A program made the translations under genes and the position numbers. A stretch of DNA of 64,000 nt from Elusimicrobiota bacterium. Lineage in GTDB: Bacteria > Elusimicrobiota > Elusimicrobia > F11. The notes beneath the pieces are model-generated. The model saw only the letters and a list, made by a program, of their open reading frames with translations. It was not told the DNA's origin and ran no database searches. The DNA is taken from the NCBI GenBank assembly GCA_044221725.1, contig JBGAON010000003.1, positions 288,001 to 352,000 of the forward strand, written 5' to 3'. Of this stretch, positions 48,959 through 58,383 are shown one piece after another (the first letter of the stretch is position 1; the number at the start of each line of letters is the position of its first letter).

Positions 48959-50211
48959 TTCTGAAACTTGGTTTCCGGAACGTTTTCCGACACAGGATTC
49001 GCTCACTCGTGGCATTATTTTCGGTGTCTTTCGGGTGTATTGGGATAATTTACTGCGGAGGATTCTTTGAAGACATTTTTATCGAGGTCCGCGAGAATCT
49101 CATCCATTCGTTAACGGGGCACATCCAATTAACTCGGGTCGGATTTCGAGAGTTAGGCCGATCCCGCCCATTCGAATTTCTTATCGATAATCCGGATGAA
49201 GTTTTGGATTTGACGCGAAAAATGCCGCACGTGGTAATGGCCACGCCTCGCCTGCACTTTTCTGGACTATTGAGTACCGGGGATAATTCAGTCTCTTTTG
49301 TTGGAGAAGGTATCGTTCCTCAGGATGACGCGTTCGTTATGGGAAAGGATGTCGAAAAAAACCGCGTTCTTCGCGGGGCGGGAGCGGTAATTGAGCAGGG
49401 AGAATCGCTTAGCAATGCGGATCCCTTTGGTATTAATCTCGGACGAGGACTGGCTGATAGTATTGGAGCAAAAGTCGGAGATAATCTGATTATGGTGGCG
49501 CGAACGGACGGTGGATCAATCAACGCGTTCGACGTCAGGGTTCGGGGAATTTTTTACACCGGATATAAACAAGCGGATGATTATTTCATTCGCATTCCTC
49601 TTTCGACCGCACAGCGCCTCCTTCGAACTTCTTCGGTTGATTCGATAATTGTGAATATCGATCTGACGAAAAATACATTCGATGTGCAGAAGGAATTTAA
49701 AAATGTGATTCGAAACAAAAAATTAGGGCTCGAGGTAAAGTCTTGGATTGAATTGAGTGATTATTATGTTGCCGTAAAAGCGCTGTTCGGTCGGATATTT
49801 CTCGTGATAAATATCGTGGTGGTTTTTTTGGTGGTATTCAGTATTTACAATACACTAAGCCTCGCTGTTTCGGAGCGCACTAACGAAATCGGTACACTGA
49901 TGGCGATGGGATCGAAACGTTCGGATATTGTAAAGCTGTTTATCGTAGAAGGTATGGCACTTGGAGCCATCGGCGGAGTATTCGGTTCTGCTATTGGTTG
50001 TGCCGTCACTTGGACGATTGCTCAAATTGGAATTCCTATGCCTCCGCCGCCGGGATTGGCCGTTGAGTGGACTGCTCGGCCCATCGTACTTCCTTTTAAT
50101 GTTTGTTTTGCGATGCTCGTGACTTTTTTGGCTTCTCTAATCTCTTCAATCTTTCCCGCGTATCGCGCCGCGAAGATGGAGATTGCTCAATGTTTGAGAA
50201 GTTCTAACTAA
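48955..50211 (+). CDS. ABC transporter permease (LolC/E, FtsX-like)
   Basis: RNVFRHRIRS; TM, large periplasmic domain and three TMs; ERTNEIGTLMAMG. Confidence 0.9.
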   Translation: MILKLGFRNVFRHRIRSLVALFSVSFGCIGIIYCGGFFEDIFIEVRENLIHSLTGHIQLTRVGFRELGRSRPFEFLIDNPDEVLDLTRKMPHVVMATPRLHFSGLLSTGDNSVSFVGEGIVPQDDAFVMGKDVEKNRVLRGAGAVIEQGESLSNADPFGINLGRGLADSIGAKVGDNLIMVARTDGGSINAFDVRVRGIFYTGYKQADDYFIRIPLSTAQRLLRTSSVDSIIVNIDLTKNTFDVQKEFKNVIRNKKLGLEVKSWIELSDYYVAVKALFGRIFLVINIVVVFLVVFSIYNTLSLAVSERTNEIGTLMAMGSKRSDIVKLFIVEGMALGAIGGVFGSAIGCAVTWTIAQIGIPMPPPPGLAVEWTARPIVLPFNVCFAMLVTFLASLISSIFPAYRAAKMEIAQCLRSSN

Positions 50212-51430
50212 GCAGTCGTTCAATCCTCTGCATTATCTCGTTTGTCTGGTTGAATCCTCGTAATTCTCGAGAAATTTCTATGCAATTTCTTTTTATTCCA
50301 TCTTCCTTCAATATTCGGAGGGAGATCTCAACCAATTGATCAACTTCCATCCGTGAAGGATAAATATAAGTTCCACAACCAAGCCGACGAATGGCTTCCG
50401 CATGGAAATGCTGATCCGCTTGGGCGGGGATTGCTACCATCGGGACACCGTAGTGAAGCCCATGATACGTGCTCATAGCACTTCCCGAATAAATCCAAAG
50501 ATCAACCATTTGTAAGAGACGGCTTTCGTTGATGAAATCTTGGATGAAAAGATTTGGGTGTCTGACATCAATTTCAAATTTACGATTCCCTTTTGAAAGA
50601 ACGACGTTTAAGTTTTGTTGCAGTAGTTTGTTGAGGAGGGGGGATAGGAACGCCGTATCGAGTGCTTCTTGGGTGCCGACCGAAATGTAAACAACTTTCC
50701 TTTGTTTAAGCGCGGTTTCGTCAATGGACAGAGGTTCCTCTCGTTTCCAAATTAACGCTCCCGAATAAATGTCTTGAGTTCGTAACCTGGGGATGGGCAT
50801 CACCATTGGATGGTCTGCCAGCACACACACATCTCCTTGAGCTGCGTAATGGAAAAACGAATCTAGCGCCGGTAATTTCATTCGACAAGATGCCGTTCGA
50901 AGTGTACGAGATATGGACCGAATGATATTTTTCCTAACGAGATCACCCAATAATGTTCTGCTTAAGGGATTAAATATTTTTAGAGGAAAAAACTTCGGCG
51001 GCAGATAAGCATTGGGGGTGCTCGAGCCGATCGGAAAATTCGGGTGGCAACTTGCGGATGTGATCCCGATAGAAGGAATTCCCATCTTTTTTGCCAATTG
51101 GAGAGCAGTAAATCGGAAGTCGCTCACGATGAGGCCCGGCTTCATGGAGTCAATTATTTTCTGATCCTCTCGATAGTAACGAAGCAAGTCGTCAACTTCG
51201 TACATCCACGCGCGCTTTGCGAGTCGATGGTAGATTTCGGTGGGATTCGTCGTTGTCAAATTTGTTGTTTCGAAGCCATGCTGATGAAACAGGCCGGCGA
51301 ATTTGTCAGCACAGGCGACAACAACCTTTCGTTTCAGGGTTTTAAACAATCGAGAGAAAATAAGGGGCCGAACGATGTGGCAGAAGCTAATGCTTTCAGA
51401 AAAAACGACAACCGGAGCGTCTTTCGACAT
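50204..51430 (-). CDS. GT1/UDP-glycosyltransferase family protein
   Basis: N-terminal His (CHIVR); VYISVGT; GVPMVAIPAQADQ. Confidence 0.78.
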   Translation of the reverse strand: MSKDAPVVVFSESISFCHIVRPLIFSRLFKTLKRKVVVACADKFAGLFHQHGFETTNLTTTNPTEIYHRLAKRAWMYEVDDLLRYYREDQKIIDSMKPGLIVSDFRFTALQLAKKMGIPSIGITSASCHPNFPIGSSTPNAYLPPKFFPLKIFNPLSRTLLGDLVRKNIIRSISRTLRTASCRMKLPALDSFFHYAAQGDVCVLADHPMVMPIPRLRTQDIYSGALIWKREEPLSIDETALKQRKVVYISVGTQEALDTAFLSPLLNKLLQQNLNVVLSKGNRKFEIDVRHPNLFIQDFINESRLLQMVDLWIYSGSAMSTYHGLHYGVPMVAIPAQADQHFHAEAIRRLGCGTYIYPSRMEVDQLVEISLRILKEDGIKRNCIEISRELRGFNQTNEIMQRIERLLS

Positions 51431-51435
51431 TTCGC

Positions 51436-52608
51436 CTAAAGACCGATGTCTTCTCGCTTTAAATTCAACCTTTGTAAAAGTTCGATAAACGTTTTGTTCA
51501 TGAACAAATTCTTTTTAACGAGAAACTCCACGCACTCGAAAACGTTGCGCCAATAAGTTCCGTCGGTTCGCTTTATTCTGATCATGTCGGAGAATTCGGG
51601 CTCAAAGCTGCAATGCCCAATTTTTTTGATGTCGATGGCCGTCATAATCGAAAGTACTTCGTTATTGGTTACCAGCGGACTTGAATGCCCTGGCAGAATG
51701 AGGTGCATCCTTTCTAATTCGTCCGCCACCAACTGTTTGTCTGGGCGCCAGGCCATCAGAGGAAGAATCCATCGAGGAACTCGTTCGGCGGGCCATTTCG
51801 TGCCATCCCAATACATTTCCGCATCTTCCTTATTAAAGATTTCAGCGATCTTAAATTTGCTTCGTCGCTCTATCCTGTCGGTATCCACGCGGGTTAAAAG
51901 ATCATGACGCGGATGTTCAAACGTTGTGTTACTTCCCATGAGAAGGGCCTGCGCCCAATCAACTCCGCTTATCATAAGTGGGATTTCAAACTCGGCGGCG
52001 TACCGAAGACCCATGTGCTGATTAAGCGATCCATCCAATCGATCGACCGTTCCATAACTTCCACTTTCATCAACATGGAGCAGGGTATAGCGGTAGAGGG
52101 AAGCGTATAAAGAGGAAGTTGGTTTATAAACGATATGGTCGAGATCAAGCTTCTTCGCGACTTGCTGTGAGGTTTCCAAGGCGACCACGCTGTAGAAACC
52201 ATTATCGATAGTCAGAGTAAGCATTCGGAGCTTCGGGTAGTCGCGTTTGATTCGGTACAACATGTAGGTGCTGTCTTTTCCACCGCTAAACAAAACAAGA
52301 GCGTCATAGCGGCGTTTTCCCTTCCCCTGATATTCGGTCAAGATTTCATGGAGCTTCTTTTGTTCATTCGCGATATATTTCTCTTCCCATCGCGATTGCT
52401 TGTCATCCGGTGTTGAATGGTTGAACGCTTCGCAACGCTGGCAAATATTTCCTTCGATGGTTACATGGGGAGCGTTCGACGAAATGGTGCATTGATGGCA
52501 ACGTTTTGCAATGAAGTTTCCGAGCATCGGCCGAATTAGCGGCCATATATTCTGGGAAACGAATTCGAACCGTTTTATTTCACGTGCAATGGCATGGGAA
52601 TTTGACAT
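51436..52608 (-). CDS. PP-loop adenine nucleotide alpha-hydrolase (WbuX/N-acetyl sugar amidotransferase-like)
   Basis: CxxC...CxxC; YDALVLFSGGKDS PP-loop; TIDNGF; start 52608 or 52635. Confidence 0.72.
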   Translation of the reverse strand: MSNSHAIAREIKRFEFVSQNIWPLIRPMLGNFIAKRCHQCTISSNAPHVTIEGNICQRCEAFNHSTPDDKQSRWEEKYIANEQKKLHEILTEYQGKGKRRYDALVLFSGGKDSTYMLYRIKRDYPKLRMLTLTIDNGFYSVVALETSQQVAKKLDLDHIVYKPTSSLYASLYRYTLLHVDESGSYGTVDRLDGSLNQHMGLRYAAEFEIPLMISGVDWAQALLMGSNTTFEHPRHDLLTRVDTDRIERRSKFKIAEIFNKEDAEMYWDGTKWPAERVPRWILPLMAWRPDKQLVADELERMHLILPGHSSPLVTNNEVLSIMTAIDIKKIGHCSFEPEFSDMIRIKRTDGTYWRNVFECVEFLVKKNLFMNKTFIELLQRLNLKREDIGL

Positions 52609-52609
52609 A

Positions 52610-52867
52610 TCAGTTTGTGGAGTCCTTTCGCTCAATGTACTCGTTTATTCGTAGAGGTCTTGGTCCGATTCGTTTGCCGTCGAGTTTGTCGACAATATAG
52701 CTGACATCCGTCGTATCCATGTCCACATAAGCGTAGGCATCGAACGTCGCATTCTCCATATCTTCAAATAATTGCACATTGGCGACTTTGCCAAACGGTT
52801 CGAACAGCGACCGGATTTCATCTCGAGTAAATCCGAACGGCATGCATCCGACAAAAATTCGTTTCAT
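52610..52867 (-). CDS. Single RRM RNA-binding protein
   Basis: RNP2 RIFVGCMP, LFEPFGKV, RNP1-like YAYVDM and LRINE; ATGA overlap with upstream gene. Confidence 0.82.
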   Translation of the reverse strand: MKRIFVGCMPFGFTRDEIRSLFEPFGKVANVQLFEDMENATFDAYAYVDMDTTDVSYIVDKLDGKRIGPRPLRINEYIERKDSTN

Positions 52868-54048
52868 CGACGACTCCTGTGGATCTCTTTGTTTAAGTTT
52901 ATGTGCCAACTCTCGTCTGACCAGAGCTTTTTAAAATGAGGTTGCGAAAAGCTGCTTGTGCAAATTCCGTGCCAACCATACGAACACGCGATCTGAACGG
53001 CGTCCGCGCTGATATCTTTAAACCAATTCCAATCGTCGGCGATGGTGGTGGGGCCCTCGTTTAGGAAGGTCGCGATCCATCCTTCCGAGGTGACGAGGGG
53101 GAGATTTTTGTCTTTGGCAAGTTGTTTCCAGACTTCACATTTACTTCTAAGAATGTCTAACGACTTTCTCTTGTTTTTTGTTACGTAACTTCGTGCTTCT
53201 TTCAAGACAAGGTCGCCTTTCGAGAAGTTGGTGGCAGATTTGCTGTGCCCCGATAAGAGAGACCATAGCAAGTCATCCGATATCCAAAAATGCGAGTCAA
53301 TCACGTCCAGTTCGCTCAAGTCAGCGCGAAACAGATTTTTAAGACCATTTGATTGAAACGAAAAGGTGTAGTTCAAATCCGGAAATTCCCGCTTCAAAGA
53401 ACCGATAGCCGTTCGCATGAATTCTCCAAATCTCTCGACGCAAGAGTCTCTCCATCTAAAAACATCGAGAATGAGCGCGCTCATCGTCATGGAATACGGT
53501 AACGAATATCCAAAAACATAATTGTTGGCCTCCGGAGCCCAATAGGCCATCGGAAATTCGTTGCAGATGTCGACCCATGCGACGGCGTCCAATAGATCCT
53601 CATTTTTAAGCAGAGTCAAAGTTTTTTTCCAAATTTCGGCGAAATGTTCTGGGCTCTTGAGTTCTCGTTTCATGTTTTGAGAATCATCGATAAGCCACGT
53701 GGAGAGAGCAATCCAAATGCCACGTTCCTTCGCCTTTCGAACAAAATCGACGAGGTTTTGGGCAGGAGTAATGGTCACGGGCACCGTGGCGCCCCACATA
53801 AACCCTTTGGGATAAGGCAGGACCGTAAACTGAGTCTCCATTTTCGAGTTCGGTTGGCCGATTAAATGGGGAAGCGCTTCTATGCGGAGACAGTCGTATC
53901 CGCGCGAAAGCGACTCATCTAAAACGCGGTCCCAATCCGAATACTCATTTTCCGCTCCGAACCGACGCACCGCCCAAGAAAAGTCCCACATTGATACGGA
54001 TCGTCGAGGTTGAGTTAGAAAGGAATTCGCGCGGTGCGGATGGGACAT
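52864..54048 (-). CDS. Cellulase-like (GH5-related TIM barrel) family protein
   Basis: MWDFSW, RGYDCLRIEALPHL, DICNEFP (acid/base) and TSEGW (nucleophile-like). Confidence 0.75.
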   Translation of the reverse strand: MSHPHRANSFLTQPRRSVSMWDFSWAVRRFGAENEYSDWDRVLDESLSRGYDCLRIEALPHLIGQPNSKMETQFTVLPYPKGFMWGATVPVTITPAQNLVDFVRKAKERGIWIALSTWLIDDSQNMKRELKSPEHFAEIWKKTLTLLKNEDLLDAVAWVDICNEFPMAYWAPEANNYVFGYSLPYSMTMSALILDVFRWRDSCVERFGEFMRTAIGSLKREFPDLNYTFSFQSNGLKNLFRADLSELDVIDSHFWISDDLLWSLLSGHSKSATNFSKGDLVLKEARSYVTKNKRKSLDILRSKCEVWKQLAKDKNLPLVTSEGWIATFLNEGPTTIADDWNWFKDISADAVQIACSYGWHGICTSSFSQPHFKKLWSDESWHINLNKEIHRSRR

Positions 54049-54174
54049 GCATTATGTTAACGGAATGAACTGAAATATCAACTATAAAGTGCGGGGTGCC
54101 GAGCCCGCTAACGTATCAAAGGAACTACAACGTAGAGGCAAAACTCAATCAATAAGTTCGTGATACGCGGACTG

Positions 54175-55160
54175 TTACGTGCTTCCAAAATATTCGTTGT
54201 AGATCTTAAGCTCATCGCGGAAAGCCGGAACGTTCATGAGCAATTCGTGCATATCCTTTAAATTGTAATACGGCACGGCCGGCAGCAGGTGGTGGGTGAA
54301 GTGGTAGTTTATGTTGAGCGGGGCCAGAGTGAAGCCTCTTACTTCACGGCTTTTGAGAACACGTCCGTCAGCGGCAGGCCCAAATGTTCAGCGATCGTTC
54401 GAACGCGAATCCACAAGACATTCAACGTCGAAAGGGGAAGAACCCAATACAAAAAGAATCCAAGCCAGGCGTGTGTGATGGTCAGCGCAACGGCGAGCGT
54501 CAATACGAATAAATAGAAAGAGAGCCGTTCTCTCCTAGAAAGTGCCGGAATGGGGGCCTTTGTTTTGAAGTGGTTAGAGATCGGGGAATAGGCACTAAAG
54601 ATCGAAACGATTTCCTTAAGGTTCATGCCAAAGACGTCGCGGAGGAACAACTTCGTGCTCTCCTTCATGGTTTTCGGCCAGCTCCAGTTCTTGCTGGTGA
54701 TCCAATAGGCGTAATACGGATCATCGTCCGTCATTAAAAATTTGTGATGAAGCACATGCTCCGCACGGTACCGGTTCACCGTCAGATTTACTGGAAATCC
54801 ACAGAAAAAATCCACGATAAAATCGTTCCAGCGTCGCGAGGAAAAAGAACTCATGTGCGTCGCTTCGTGAACAATGAGGCTGAGCGCATTTTGTCGTGTT
54901 GAAATAACAAAAATCGCCAGTGCCGAAGCCCACCCGTTGTTCATTTTGTGGGCGAAATAAAGACTTCCCGCGATAATGAGCCATTGGCTGGCGATTGACC
55001 AAGCGCCGCGCAAATTCGAGATCCGATAAAATTTCTTGTAGGCGGCGAGCAATTTGGCGTGTTCCGGGCGGTAGAGATATTTCAGTATGTCCGCGATAAC
55101 GGACGAGGCGGTTTTGTTTTCGCTTTCCTGATCTATTCTTTCTAAAAGTTCGATTTCCAT
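54175..55160 (-). pseudogene. Membrane fatty acid desaturase, frameshifted before the third His box
   Basis: His boxes HEATH and HVLHH in the ORF; it stops at 54339 while SREVRGFTLAPLNINYHFTHHLLPAVPYYNL continues in another frame to 54175. Confidence 0.78.
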
Positions 55161-55188
55161 ACTGACCTCCGGTATTTGCTTCTGCTTT

Positions 55189-55271
55189 AGTCTGAGGTCA
55201 TCGCCGCTAAGGGCTGTAAAACTGTGTCAAACGAGAGTAAAAAGTCGCGCGCTTCAGGTTCGTGTTGATTT
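55189..55271 (-). promoter_or_regulatory. Triple direct-repeat operator/promoter, copy A (desaturase)
   Basis: Plus-strand GTAAA-N5-GTCAA-N6-GTAAA at 55216-55241, 21 nt from -10-like CAGACT; TTCGTGTTGATTT at 55259-55271. Confidence 0.6.
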
Positions 55272-55305
55272 ATACGGCTGTTTCGCTTCGACGGGAAATT
55301 CATAG

Positions 55306-56271
55306 TCAAGCGACCGCCAGTTCTTTTTCCGAATAAAGAGTTTCAATGTAATTGCGTTGAATGTCGGAGGCAGATGCCAGCACGTTCGATTCGCGTTTAA
55401 ATAGACGTTCAAACTGATCGGCTGTGAGTTTTAAGCGGTTCGCGTAGCGCAAATCCATCGGCAGGTCTCCGCACAAAAGGCGTTGCGCGGTGTGATCTTT
55501 TCGGTCGGCCGCCAACCCTTCATACAAATCCCAGTAGCGCGCAATGGCCGGATTGCCATTGACGTTCGAATAGCTGCGTTCGCCACCCAACGGTTTCGCC
55601 ATTAACAACTTATAGAAACCGTCGTGCGAAGGGTGGCAGCACTCGAGGACGTGGGTAATTTTTGTCTGCGTTCTCACGTAGTCGAGCGCCGCTCGGATCA
55701 AATGGCAAACAAAGATGAAACGTTGCGACGACGTCATGGCTGTGGAACCACAAACAAGCTTTTCTTTGTGAACCGCGAACATGGAAAGCTCCATGACCTT
55801 ATGGCCCTGGTGTCGAAGCGCGTTTACTTCGGATCCGAATATTTTTTCCATCGGTAATCCGAGAGCGGAATCCTCCACGACCGTGATCGTGGCCAACGCG
55901 CCATGGCGAACGTGCCAGGCGACGAATGTCACCGTCGAGGGGAGCGCGTTAAACAACGAAAGGTGTCTTTCGTACGGATTTGGCGGGATGTACCCACTAT
56001 CGACATATTGTTCGTAAACGAGGTGAGCCGCTTGTTCCAATTCACCGACGGATTGGACTATCCGGAATTCGATGCTCGGAAAATAGAGTTGTTGCGAGAC
56101 GTCGATGGTGCCCAGCGGCGGCCCGTCGTGCATGAACTTCTTCGCAAAATATTCCGGTTCCTGCAAAATAGGGCTGGGTTTTTCGGCGTTTTCAATGCCG
56201 AAAAGATCGTCCGTGGCGATTGCGAATTTTTTGAGATTCGTAACCAGATTGAGTACGTCTAGCAAAAACAT
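55306..56271 (-). CDS. N-acyl amino acid synthase, FeeM-like GNAT (paralogue 2)
   Basis: HLVYEQY, ATITVVEDSALGLPME, VMELSMFA, HPSHDGFY and NPAIA; aligns by eye with paralogue 1. Confidence 0.8.
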   Translation of the reverse strand: MFLLDVLNLVTNLKKFAIATDDLFGIENAEKPSPILQEPEYFAKKFMHDGPPLGTIDVSQQLYFPSIEFRIVQSVGELEQAAHLVYEQYVDSGYIPPNPYERHLSLFNALPSTVTFVAWHVRHGALATITVVEDSALGLPMEKIFGSEVNALRHQGHKVMELSMFAVHKEKLVCGSTAMTSSQRFIFVCHLIRAALDYVRTQTKITHVLECCHPSHDGFYKLLMAKPLGGERSYSNVNGNPAIARYWDLYEGLAADRKDHTAQRLLCGDLPMDLRYANRLKLTADQFERLFKRESNVLASASDIQRNYIETLYSEKELAVA

Positions 56272-56304
56272 ATTCGTCTCCTTTGACTTCTTTGTGCTGG
56301 TCTC

Positions 56305-56378
56305 AGGCTATCCGGAAGGTGCTCATCGGCGTGTAAGACTATGTCAGGCTTCTGTCAGCACGCGATTCGTGTTGATTT
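56305..56378 (-). promoter_or_regulatory. Triple direct-repeat operator/promoter, copy B (synthase 2)
   Basis: Plus-strand GTAAG-N5-GTCAG-N6-GTCAG at 56333-56358, 22 nt from -10-like TAGCCT; TTCGTGTTGATTT at 56366-56378. Confidence 0.7.
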
Positions 56379-56436
56379 TTAAATATGTCTTTCCGTCGGT
56401 GAGATGGCCGTTATACTTTTCGATAGGGCCGAATTT

Positions 56437-58383
56437 ATGGCCCGTCATCCCATGAGATCACGAACCTTCACGCGCGCGATGTTGATAGCTTTGATGCTCG
56501 GAACCGTGCTTCCGTGCCCGCTATTTGCTGGGCAGACTGACACTGGACACGCGGGTACGGTTGCGGCGCCTTTCTTGCAACTGAACTCCAGCGTTCGCAG
56601 TGCTGCTCTCGGCGGCTATCAAGCGGCGCTTTCGGGCGATCTTCAGTCGCAATTCTCGAATCCCGCCGGATTGGCCAATGTGAGTTCGCCAGAATTGTGG
56701 TTCTCGCACAATCAATCGATTGAAAAGACGAAAGTGGACTCGCTGGGATTTGCGTCGAATCTAAAATCAAACGCGCTGTCGTTCGCGATTCAGCAATTTG
56801 GTTACGGATCCGCAGACCGGGTGGATCTCGATGCAAGCGGTAATCCCGTTACGGGACAGGGTAGTTTTAGTTTTTCAACCACGCTTCTCGAGGCTGGATG
56901 GGCGCGCCCTGTTGGTGATTCGCCGATCACTGAAAAAATAGCCGTCGGCGCTGTTGCCAAAGGATGGCGTGACAGCCAAGCCGGAACGTCGAAAACAGGC
57001 TGGGCCGGAGATATTGGCGTTCAATGCTACGGCTTGTTGTTTCAATCGCTTGATCTTGGATTGTCTGCTAGGAACTTTGGGCCCTCGGTCGACGGCTACA
57101 ATCTGCCACGCAGCATTGCCATTGGCGGCGCTTATCACATTGTTCCGCATGAAAGCGTTCTTAAACGTGTAAGCGTATTTTCCGAACTCGATATTCCTCG
57201 TCAACAAAGTGCCGTTCTTCGTTCGGGATTTGAACTTAATCAAAATTGGGTGTGGGAACGCCTCGGGTTTGAAAACGTCAATAATCATCCCGAAGATTCA
57301 TTGAGTCGTTTTTCATTCGGCGCCGGCATTCGGATAAAGAATCTCAAATTGGATTATGCGTGGTCCCCGCAAGGAGACCTTGGTGATATTCACAGGTTGT
57401 CACTTCAAGTGGGCTTTGGACTTACGCCGGAAGAAAAAAGAGACATGGCAAAAAATATCGACGCGGCTATTCAAAAGAGGTCGATTGAGAAATCTTCGAG
57501 CTTTATCGCGTTGGCGCAGCAGGCGATGAAAGAAGGGAAATGGAAGGTCGCACAAGGCAATCTTGAGACAGCTCTGATCTGGAGCCCTAGAGATGAAAAG
57601 ACCCGAGAGCTTTTGCAATCGGTGCAAGACAAAGCGCGCTATTCGGAATCGCGGTTGTTGTACCAGGAAGGCATGGAACTGTTTCAAGACGAACAATGGC
57701 TCGACGCAGCGCTTAAATGGGAACAAGTATTAAAGATTGATCCAAAGAACAAAAACGCTCGGCAAAATCTCATTGTGGCGCGCGATAAAATGGCGCGCGC
57801 AGGCTCCCAAAGAAAGGCCGAACTATCCGCTGCCGAAAAGGCGTTCGACCGCGGGACGCGTGCTTATCTGGATGGACGGTACGACGACGCGATCAACGAA
57901 TGGATGATGGTCAAAAAGTTGGCGCCGGGCACGCACGACATCAATACTTACATCGTGAAAGCGAAGAACATGAAGTTAACGGAGGAAGTCACAAAGCTTA
58001 AGAAAGAAGCGGCTCCCGAGAATTCAATGGCGGAGACGCTTTCGCAAGAAGCGTATACGTGGTACAGCCTTGGTCAAATCGATAAGGCTGTGGAAAACTG
58101 GGAAAAAGTTTTGGTGCTTGATCCTTCCAACGCCGATGCAAAGGCAGCGCTAAAAGAAGCGCGCGCACGCAAAAATTTATCTAAAAATGAAAGCCCACCC
58201 CAAACATCTGGAAAGGTCACGGAGTTAAACGCAGCAGCACTGAAAAATTACCGCGAAGGGAATCTCGATGCCGCGGCCGCCAATTGGCGCAAAGCGCTTC
58301 AGATTGATCCGCACAATGTTTGGATTCGCAGTTATTTAAATCGGGTCGAACGTGAAATTACGGATAGGGAGAACAGTCGTTGA
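56437..58383 (+). CDS. PorV/PorQ-like outer membrane barrel fused to a TPR array
   Basis: Signal peptide; APFLQLNSSVRSAALGG...SNPAGLA; LDYAWSPQGDLGDIHRLSL; C-terminal TPRs (WEKVLVLDP, WRKALQIDP). Confidence 0.75.
   Translation: MARHPMRSRTFTRAMLIALMLGTVLPCPLFAGQTDTGHAGTVAAPFLQLNSSVRSAALGGYQAALSGDLQSQFSNPAGLANVSSPELWFSHNQSIEKTKVDSLGFASNLKSNALSFAIQQFGYGSADRVDLDASGNPVTGQGSFSFSTTLLEAGWARPVGDSPITEKIAVGAVAKGWRDSQAGTSKTGWAGDIGVQCYGLLFQSLDLGLSARNFGPSVDGYNLPRSIAIGGAYHIVPHESVLKRVSVFSELDIPRQQSAVLRSGFELNQNWVWERLGFENVNNHPEDSLSRFSFGAGIRIKNLKLDYAWSPQGDLGDIHRLSLQVGFGLTPEEKRDMAKNIDAAIQKRSIEKSSSFIALAQQAMKEGKWKVAQGNLETALIWSPRDEKTRELLQSVQDKARYSESRLLYQEGMELFQDEQWLDAALKWEQVLKIDPKNKNARQNLIVARDKMARAGSQRKAELSAAEKAFDRGTRAYLDGRYDDAINEWMMVKKLAPGTHDINTYIVKAKNMKLTEEVTKLKKEAAPENSMAETLSQEAYTWYSLGQIDKAVENWEKVLVLDPSNADAKAALKEARARKNLSKNESPPQTSGKVTELNAAALKNYREGNLDAAAANWRKALQIDPHNVWIRSYLNRVEREITDRENSR

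Noticed and set aside
54339..54360. Programmed -1 ribosomal frameshift in the desaturase
   Set aside because: No X-XXY-YYZ slippery heptamer (only four As) and no obvious stimulatory structure; mutation or assembly error is more likely
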